Assembly (NCBI GenBank): GCA_019894975.1
Contig: JAGXNO010000066.1
Coordinates: forward strand, 1 to 15,283
Direction: 5' to 3'
From: Promethearchaeota archaeon
Lineage (GTDB): Archaea; Asgardarchaeota; Lokiarchaeia; Sigyniarchaeales; SOKP01
DNA length: 15,283 bases
Part shown: piece by piece, positions 1 through 6,757 of the stretch
Position numbering within the stretch: the first letter of the stretch is position 1
Layout: each line of letters begins with the position of its first letter
Notes under the pieces: generated by a model
What the model saw: the letters and a program-made list of their open reading frames with translations, nothing else
The model's database searches: none
Told to the model about the DNA's origin: nothing
Translations under genes and position numbers: made by a program

Positions 1-525
1 ATACTTGTGTTACCTGAATATTTTGTATTATCAGATTTCCTATGGAACGATATCTGGGTTCCTGTTCTCCCATATCTTTATATTACTTCATATTCATTAT
101 TCACATCATTAGCAATTGGATCTTTAATAATCCTCTTCATGACCTCAGGTGTAGCTGAATATGAACAGTTGTTTGAAGAACCATCAAAAAAACAAAAATT
201 TTGGAATGTGAGAATCCTCGAGGTAATTCTATTTGGGTTTTTTTTATTGTTAGATATTTTTGAATTCACTATAATTGACTTATTTTACATAGCAGGATTT
301 GTAATTATAATTTTTATCTCAATTGTAAATTTTATTCGCGGAAAATCTCAAATTAAAAGTTTTAAAAGTCATTTGCTTGGATATTTCATAGCGGCAGTAT
401 TTATTGGCTCTAATGTACTTTTTACTACATCGGAACTTTCTCAAATTCTTAGAGTTTGGAGCTTAGTAATTTCAGCAGTTTTGTATATTTTTGTATTTTT
501 TTATACATTTTTGCGGTTAGACTAA
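1..525 (+). CDS. Multi-pass membrane protein of unknown function, 5'-truncated by the window edge
   Basis: The frame is open from base 1 (ATA CTT GTG...), so the GTG at 7 is probably not the true start. About 5 hydrophobic segments are separated by short charged loops (EEPSKKQK, RGKSQIK). Stop TAA at 523-525. Confidence 0.75.
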   Translation: MLVLPEYFVLSDFLWNDIWVPVLPYLYITSYSLFTSLAIGSLIILFMTSGVAEYEQLFEEPSKKQKFWNVRILEVILFGFFLLLDIFEFTIIDLFYIAGFVIIIFISIVNFIRGKSQIKSFKSHLLGYFIAAVFIGSNVLFTTSELSQILRVWSLVISAVLYIFVFFYTFLRLD

Positions 526-584
526 ACTGGCAGATTTTCTTTTCTCAATACCCAACAGATTTGATAGGTTTAAAAACTCTACTA

Positions 585-608
585 TATTAGAACATAAATT
601 ATTAAAAA
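585..608 (+). promoter_or_regulatory. Putative promoter/operator upstream of the 700-aa surface protein (TATTAGAACATAAATTATTAAAAA)
   Basis: Purine-rich BRE-like stretch followed by TATA-like TTATTAAAAA (599-608). Bases 585-604 match 4843-4862 at 19/20 positions. Confidence 0.5.
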
Positions 609-668
609 GCTGAATTTTAATTATTTATTTAATATCAAAACCAATTTTAACAAAAATTTGTGTTGAAT

Positions 669-2762
669 ATGAAAAGCTTTAATACTAAATCTTTAATGGT
701 TTTTACTATCCTTTTTGCCTCTATTGGCGTCATGCCAATTGTTGCAAATGGACAATTGAAAACACCTGATGACATACTCGACTTAGATCAAGTTGATGTA
801 GGCATTTTTGAAGGTTTCCAAGGAGGTTTTGGGGCATTATTCGGTGAAAATCTCGGTTATGGTGGTAAAATCTTAGAATCCATTTTTGGGATGCTATTTC
901 TTCAAAGTTTAAATCTTTCAGCTCATGAAATGTTAGATAATGTGTTTGTTTTAAGCGCTAATCGTACAGTTAAGCACACAAGTGAAGTCTATGACTTTGC
1001 TGCTGAAAATGATGAGCAGGAAATATATTTTGCACCTCATGAATATAATGACCTTATACCTGGAATAACTGAAACAACACCAGGAGATACGGGTTATGCA
1101 TATTGCCTAGTTGAAAAGTCAGGCAATTTCACATATGAACTTGAAGTAGGAGCTGCGGTTACTCTTGTCATTTGGGATAATGATCGTTCTTTCATAACAG
1201 CAATTAATAAGTTAATTAATTTCTTCAAAAAGGTGTGGGTTCATAATCAACTAGATATAACCTTATCCAGAGATCTTATAAGAGAGGGGATTTCTTTACT
1301 TACTTGGTTTTTAATACATATTAATGACATTTTCACCGGTGACGAATTATTTGTTATGAATCCAATCACATGGCAAAAATTAGATATAATTCCCGGTCCA
1401 GGCTTTAATATCACAAAAACGTGGTATGTAACTGGGGATATTCCAGGAGATATGAATATAGATGGTACTGATCCTAAAATAATGGATCTAAATAATGGGA
1501 GTTTAGTTCTTGATGGGTGGAATACAACGGCGCAGAATAGGAAAGATAACTATATGGAATGGTTATTAACCCCAACATTGGGAAATATTGCTGAAACGGT
1601 TTGGACTCAATTCTCATTTGATTTAATCCAACTATGGATTAAAAACTTCGAAATTCATATCGATGTTGGTCAAATTCTTGAGGCTGCAACAGGAGGAGGA
1701 GGAAGTCCGGAGACAGCTATTATAAACGCTTTTGATGGGTGTAATATTGAATTTTTCCTCTTTACTCACCATTTAGCTGGAGCATTTTTATACAATGATA
1801 CTAATAGTAATCGGATAATAGATACTAATTACATTCCAATAAATATTGATGGTCAAAGTGTTGAAGTACCTCAGAGTAATGAACTTACCCATAGACTAAT
1901 ATTGGGAACGGTTGGTCAATTTAGTTTCAAAAGACCTACAATTAATCCAAGTAATAAAAGTATTTCTTGGGGACTAAATATTTACGATGCAAATTTAACA
2001 GCTGTTCCTTTAGGGATTGACCTACATTCTTATATAGATGCACCAGAAGAAAATCTCAATTATATATATTTCGGATTTACTTTTGAACCGGGCGTAGATA
2101 AAGAAGTAGGCGCTGCTCGTGGATTGTTGAAACTAGATCAATTTTTTGCTCCATGGAATGATCCAAATGATCCCTATGCGAATGGTAATCTAGATAACCT
2201 TGATATGGCAATAATATTCGTATCTACAGTTCTGCACTTTGAATTAGATATCGCAACCCAAGGAGAAATTCCTGATAATCCTACAGAACTCCTACAACAA
2301 GAGCATTATAATAGCACCGAACATACATTAAAAATCGGTAATTATATAGGCGGTAATGCTCAAGATGAACTTGAATTTGTAGACATTGCTGGTCCTGATT
2401 ATGAATATGGTACCGAACTTGTTTCTGGTAGGATGACAGATCCTGCTAGTACCAGTATTATTCCAATTCTAGTGTGGCTGATGGAACATGAACGACACGA
2501 CACTTTTACTGTAGCGGGTGGTGAAGAAGTAAGTACTTTTTCGAGCGATATACGAGTACAAGTTGAATTAAATGTATTAGTTTGGGCAATTTGTTATCCC
2601 CAATTTGAAGACGGAACAGGTATTTGGCATGATCCTACCTTCAGTGTTTATATGGTCTTCCAATCAGAAGGTTTCTGGGCATTAATTGTCTTAATTGTTG
2701 GTATTGGCTTAGTAGGTGTTGCTACCGTATTAATCAAGAGAAGAAAGGATAGTCGATTTTAA
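669..2762 (+). CDS. Large secreted, C-terminally membrane-anchored (type I) surface glycoprotein of unknown function
   Basis: N-terminal signal peptide (MKSFNTKSLMVFTILFASIGVMPIVANG). Acidic, beta-rich ectodomain with about 10 N-x-S/T sequons and a Dx[DN]x[DN]-like loop (YNDTNSNRIID). C-terminal TM helix (FWALIVLIVGIGLVGVATVLI) and basic tail KRRKDSRF. ATG at 669 preferred over GTG 660 and TTG 663. Confidence 0.85.
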   Translation: MKSFNTKSLMVFTILFASIGVMPIVANGQLKTPDDILDLDQVDVGIFEGFQGGFGALFGENLGYGGKILESIFGMLFLQSLNLSAHEMLDNVFVLSANRTVKHTSEVYDFAAENDEQEIYFAPHEYNDLIPGITETTPGDTGYAYCLVEKSGNFTYELEVGAAVTLVIWDNDRSFITAINKLINFFKKVWVHNQLDITLSRDLIREGISLLTWFLIHINDIFTGDELFVMNPITWQKLDIIPGPGFNITKTWYVTGDIPGDMNIDGTDPKIMDLNNGSLVLDGWNTTAQNRKDNYMEWLLTPTLGNIAETVWTQFSFDLIQLWIKNFEIHIDVGQILEAATGGGGSPETAIINAFDGCNIEFFLFTHHLAGAFLYNDTNSNRIIDTNYIPINIDGQSVEVPQSNELTHRLILGTVGQFSFKRPTINPSNKSISWGLNIYDANLTAVPLGIDLHSYIDAPEENLNYIYFGFTFEPGVDKEVGAARGLLKLDQFFAPWNDPNDPYANGNLDNLDMAIIFVSTVLHFELDIATQGEIPDNPTELLQQEHYNSTEHTLKIGNYIGGNAQDELEFVDIAGPDYEYGTELVSGRMTDPASTSIIPILVWLMEHERHDTFTVAGGEEVSTFSSDIRVQVELNVLVWAICYPQFEDGTGIWHDPTFSVYMVFQSEGFWALIVLIVGIGLVGVATVLIKRRKDSRF

Positions 2763-2774
2763 AATTTAATAATA

Positions 2775-2819
2775 TTTTTTCTAAATTTTTTCTTTTTTCA
2801 TTTTTTTATTTTATTTTTT
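2775..2819 (+). terminator. Archaeal oligo-T terminator region
   Basis: Five runs of T6-T7 start 13 nt after the stop codon at 2762. Confidence 0.65.
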
Positions 2820-2824
2820 CACTT

Positions 2825-2838
2825 AAAAAATTATAAAT
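2825..2838 (+). promoter_or_regulatory. Putative BRE/TATA promoter of the acyl-CoA ligase gene
   Basis: AAAAAA-TTATAAAT lies about 60 nt upstream of ATG 2898. SD-like AAGTGA at 2885-2890. Confidence 0.45.
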
Positions 2839-2897
2839 TAGAAGATACCTAGATCAGATTAGATTCTACAATAACTCTGAAATAAAGTGATTATTTT

Positions 2898-4670
2898 ATG
2901 GAATTAGATATTACAGATCCCTATAATGTGAATGAGAATAAGCGTTGGTTTAAAAAATGGTGGCCTGAGGGTGTGCCTTATAATACTATCTTTGAAGAGA
3001 AATCTATAAATGAATTATTAGATGAACAAGTAATGAAATATTCAGATAGAAATTTCATCTGGTTCTTAGATACATGGATAACCTACAAACAATTTCAAGA
3101 ATATGTGAAATCATTGGCTACAGGATTAATGGATTTAGGAGTTAAAAAAGGCGATGTTGTAGCTTTACACCTTCCTAACTGTGTTCAATATATTGTTAGC
3201 TATTTTGCTATAACTAGAATTGGTGCGATTGCAAGTGGGATTAACCCTACATATCAACCAATTGAAATACTACATCAATTAGAGATTACTAGACCAAAAG
3301 TACTGATTGTAATGGATGCGTTATATGATTCATTCATTAAACCAATAATTGATGACACAAATATTACGTCAATCATTTCCACTAATCTTGCAGATTTAAC
3401 TAACATTAAAGGCGTTAAAAAAGCAATTGGTAAGTTCGTAAAAAAAATTCCGTCTGGTAAGGTGGATTTTCCTGGTACTATCAAGTTTAATGACCTTTTA
3501 AAAACCGAACCTAAAGAATTTGATATTGTAATTGATGTTAAAACACACCCTGCTACCTATATTATGACAGGTGGTACTACGGGTTTACCCAAAGCTGCAA
3601 TTTTAACCCATTTCAATGTAGTTTCGAATGCAATTCAATGCAAATTATGGTTAGGAGGAGAGAAGCCCGGAATTGGTAATATAGGAATCCTGCCGTTGTT
3701 CCATAGTTTTGCTCATACTGTAGTTATGAATACAGCACTAGCTATAGGAGGGTGGGTTATGCTTTTTCCAACACCTCCTTCCCAAACTGAGTTATGCGAA
3801 GTTATTGAGCGATTAACATGTGAAGAAGGGTTGATTTATGCCGGAACCGAGATGTTGTTTAAGAGATTGGCAGAATTAAAAAACCTTAAAAGAAGATATC
3901 CTAAAGTTATGGGCAAATTAACTCTGTGTATTTCAAGTGCAGGTCCATTACATAAGCAAATTCGTGATGACTTTATTAAAAATACAGGTGGGAGGATCGT
4001 CGAAGGATATGGTTTATCAGAAGCGAGTCCTGCTGTAAGTGCAGGTAATTTATTTGGTGAAAGTCCTGTTGGAAGCATTGGGATGCCATTTCCGGGCACG
4101 CAATGGGGTATCTGGCCTGTAGATGATTTTTCTGAAGGACCTATTTGTTTAGGAAATCCTGATGATAATAAATTTGGCATAGAGAATAGTGGTGAAATAT
4201 GTATTTCTGGTCCTCAAGTTATGGATCGCTATTTAGACAATCCTAATGAAACAGAAGAAACTCTCAACAATTATAATGATAAAATTTGGCTTTTGACAGG
4301 GGATATTGGTTTTATGAATGAAGATGGGACAATCGAAATAAGGGATCGAAAAAAACAGGTAATTAAATGTAAAGGTTATTCAGTATTCCCAAAAGAAGTT
4401 GAGGAACTTCTCATGAAACACCCTGATATAACCGAGGCGGCTGTTGCAGGGTTACCACATGAAGAATTTGGTGAAATTGTTAAAGCTTGGGTTTCCATTA
4501 GTGAGGATTGCAATCTATCACCTCAAACAATTAAAGAATGGGCTAAAAAGAACATGGCACCTTATAAATGCCCCTATTCCATCTCAATAATGGGTGAACT
4601 TCCTAAAAATATCATAGGAAAAGTGCAAAGACGAGCATTGCAAGAAGCAGATCCACTCTATAAGAAGTAA
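2898..4670 (+). CDS. fadD: Long-chain fatty acid--CoA ligase-like AMP-forming acyl-CoA synthetase (ANL superfamily)
   Basis: Adenylate-forming motifs are present: YIMTGGTTGLPKA (P-loop), EGYGLSE, LLTGDIG, RDRKKQVI, PKEVEE and catalytic Lys in NIIGKVQRR. The N-terminus has the FadD-like WPEGVP. Substrate is not determinable from sequence. Confidence 0.9.
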   Translation: MELDITDPYNVNENKRWFKKWWPEGVPYNTIFEEKSINELLDEQVMKYSDRNFIWFLDTWITYKQFQEYVKSLATGLMDLGVKKGDVVALHLPNCVQYIVSYFAITRIGAIASGINPTYQPIEILHQLEITRPKVLIVMDALYDSFIKPIIDDTNITSIISTNLADLTNIKGVKKAIGKFVKKIPSGKVDFPGTIKFNDLLKTEPKEFDIVIDVKTHPATYIMTGGTTGLPKAAILTHFNVVSNAIQCKLWLGGEKPGIGNIGILPLFHSFAHTVVMNTALAIGGWVMLFPTPPSQTELCEVIERLTCEEGLIYAGTEMLFKRLAELKNLKRRYPKVMGKLTLCISSAGPLHKQIRDDFIKNTGGRIVEGYGLSEASPAVSAGNLFGESPVGSIGMPFPGTQWGIWPVDDFSEGPICLGNPDDNKFGIENSGEICISGPQVMDRYLDNPNETEETLNNYNDKIWLLTGDIGFMNEDGTIEIRDRKKQVIKCKGYSVFPKEVEELLMKHPDITEAAVAGLPHEEFGEIVKAWVSISEDCNLSPQTIKEWAKKNMAPYKCPYSISIMGELPKNIIGKVQRRALQEADPLYKK

Positions 4671-4680
4671 AGGTACCCTA

Positions 4681-4715
4681 TGATAATTATTATTATCAAT
4701 CCTTAAATTTTAAGG
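4681..4715. repeat. Two adjacent perfect 7-bp inverted repeats
   Basis: TGATAAT-tatt-ATTATCA (4681-4698) and CCTTAAA-t-TTTAAGG (4701-4715), directly downstream of the ligase stop codon. Confidence 0.7.
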
Positions 4716-4814
4716 CAAATTTTAAACCTTAAAAAAAATACTTAATATTACATATTTATCATCATATTATGAAATATCAGTAATATTCATCATAACTTAA
4801 ATAAACATACCAAT

Positions 4815-4887
4815 CTATTGTTTAGACAAATAGTTTCTATTTTATTCGAACATAAATTATTATTAAGAAGTATTATTTGTTCAAATA
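4815..4887 (+). promoter_or_regulatory. Putative promoter with clustered palindromic operator-like sites upstream of the wHTH regulator
   Basis: TTGTTTAGACAA (4818-4829), TATTCGAACA (4843-4852) and TATTTG-TT-CAAATA (4874-4887) flank TATA-like TTATTATTAA (4857-4866). Confidence 0.5.
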
Positions 4888-4932
4888 GTGATTATTAAAT
4901 AAAAACAAAATTATAGTAAAGAGTAATTAGGC

Positions 4933-5871
4933 TTGTCGGAAAATTCCAAAATTAAAGATTTTAGTATCGAACTTGATAAGTTTGATAGCATTCAAATTCA
5001 CGACTCAGAGCTCTTAATTATTGATAAAGTAATTCAAGAATTTGCTCCAGAAATAGCCTTTTTATACCAGATTAGAGAAGATGAGTCTGAGGAACAGCAA
5101 ATTAAAACTGGAAGGCTTCATGAAAACAGAATTCTAGGGATAATTTTAAAATTCTACTTAGAAGGAAAAAATAAGATTACAACAGGAGAAGTTGAGCAAG
5201 AATATAAGAAATACTTTAAAGAGATCGCTCGATCGACCATTTCTACCTACTTAAATATGCTCAAAAAAGAATCTACCTTATACAAAGAAAGAGACGGAAG
5301 GATTGTTTATTACATTTTTTATGAGGATCCCCCCAAAGGGATAAAACCATTTTGGTTTACTAGAATATTTTGTATTGTCCCGGCCTATTTTGAAAGAGCA
5401 TTATATTTTGCAGGGTTGTACTTCAGTGCAGAGAAATATGTTGCCAAGTATATCGCAAAATTCCAAAGTGGTGATAGAAAGACTCTAATAAGAAATTTCA
5501 AATTTCTAATCGGGATTATAATATTGAATATTTTTAAAAATCGTAGTTCTAAATGTGTACTCTGTCAATTTAGCAAAAGAGAAATGTATGATAAACTGGA
5601 AGAAATGATGAAAATAGCAATCAAAGACAGAGCTGATGTGTTACCGGAAGAAATGCTTGAAATTTTAGTAGAAAAGTATTCTGAAATACCCGTGTTTAAT
5701 GGAATTTTCATCAAGGGAGACAAAGATGAAGATAATGTTATTGAGAACATTTTAAAATTCTCAGATGATTATAAGAAAGATTTAGACTTTCAAATTATGG
5801 TTTCTAGTAGAAGGAAAACTCTAAGATTAAAACAACAAGAAGCTTTAGTAAACCAAGATATCGAAGTCTAA
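4933..5871 (+). CDS. Putative winged helix-turn-helix transcriptional regulator with an uncharacterised C-terminal domain
   Basis: TTG start. The segment ITTGEVEQEYKKYFKEIARSTISTYLNMLKKESTLYKERDGRIVYY fits helix-turn-recognition helix plus beta wing. The helical-looking C-terminal ~180 aa contains a CxxC (CVLC). Confidence 0.7.
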   Translation: MSENSKIKDFSIELDKFDSIQIHDSELLIIDKVIQEFAPEIAFLYQIREDESEEQQIKTGRLHENRILGIILKFYLEGKNKITTGEVEQEYKKYFKEIARSTISTYLNMLKKESTLYKERDGRIVYYIFYEDPPKGIKPFWFTRIFCIVPAYFERALYFAGLYFSAEKYVAKYIAKFQSGDRKTLIRNFKFLIGIIILNIFKNRSSKCVLCQFSKREMYDKLEEMMKIAIKDRADVLPEEMLEILVEKYSEIPVFNGIFIKGDKDEDNVIENILKFSDDYKKDLDFQIMVSSRRKTLRLKQQEALVNQDIEV

Positions 5872-5887
5872 TTAAAACCTTATTTTA

Positions 5888-6421
5888 TTAAAGTATATTT
5901 GATTTTTGCATCATTATGCGAGTTAGAGCATCAAAAGTTTCCTCAACATTTTCTCCTGATTTAGAACTACACTCTATAAAACCATCGACACCCCTTGATT
6001 TTGCGATGTTAATGCCTTCATCACCCGTGACCTCTCTATCATCTAATAGATCGGCTTTACCCCCGACAACGATGATAGGGAAAGTATCTTGTTCTATTTT
6101 TAACTCCTTTCTCACGACTAAGAGCCAATCATCAATGTGAGCTAATGATGAATAATTGGTTACATCATACATAAACAGAGCACCATTAGCACCCCTAACA
6201 TATGTGGGTAGCAAAAATCTGAAACGTTCTTCCCCTCCAAAATCCCAGATTTGCAACTTCACTTTTTTTCCATTGATATCTAAGCTTTTTACCTCGAAAT
6301 CGACCCCAATTGTCATTTTAGTGTCAGATTTAAATAAATTAGTAAGGAATCTTTGAGTTAGTGTAGTTTTACCACAACCCGCATCACCGAAAATAACGAC
6401 TTTAAACGTGGCGTCATACAT
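5888..6421 (-). CDS. Rab-like small GTPase (Ras superfamily, Asgard-type eukaryotic signature protein)
   Basis: G1 GDAGCGKT, G2/RabF1 TIGVDF, RabF2 KLQIWD, G3 variant DFGGEE, RabF3-like RFRFL, RabF4-like YVRGA, RabF5-like FMYDVT, G4 variant GKAD, G5 ECSSK. No C-terminal Cys prenylation motif. SD-like AGGAAGTGA lies 12 nt upstream. Confidence 0.95.
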   Translation of the reverse strand: MYDATFKVVIFGDAGCGKTTLTQRFLTNLFKSDTKMTIGVDFEVKSLDINGKKVKLQIWDFGGEERFRFLLPTYVRGANGALFMYDVTNYSSLAHIDDWLLVVRKELKIEQDTFPIIVVGGKADLLDDREVTGDEGINIAKSRGVDGFIECSSKSGENVEETFDALTRIMMQKSNIL

Positions 6422-6757
6422 TTCTGCGTCTTCTCACTTCCTGTTAAATAGTTTGACTTAATCCAAGTTTCGGTAAAACAGGTGGGCGTAAAAAACTTTT
6501 CTCAGTTTTACTTTAATGCTTGAATTTTGGATTTTTATTAATAACTTTTTATGATTATGATGATTAATATCTGTTATAAATCTTGTATAAATCAATATTA
6601 ATAATATTTTATAATAATATTAACCTATTAAATTTGGTTTCTATAATAAATATATGGATATTAAAATAAATAGATGTGGTTTAGCTCTTTATTTAATATC
6701 ATACTTCATATTTTGCATTAATTTGTAATTAACAAAACATGTATAATTGGGAAGATC

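Noticed and set aside
6434-6436. In-frame TGA five codons upstream of the GTPase ATG, considered as possible selenocysteine with an N-terminal extension
   Set aside because: An in-frame TAA lies 8 codons further upstream with no start codon in between. The TGA is better explained as part of the SD-like AGGAAGTGA.
6435-6484. Stem with a GAA bulge, considered as a SECIS element
   Set aside because: No adjacent gene has an internal in-frame UGA at a Cys-equivalent position, and I could not find the AUGA/GA quartet geometry.
6541-6757. Very AT-rich intergenic stretch with ATGATT repeats and short AT palindromes, considered as a CRISPR array, origin or ncRNA
   Set aside because: There is no regularly spaced repeat-spacer pattern, no ORB-like G-string and no tRNA-like fold. 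It is consistent with divergent promoters in low-complexity DNA.
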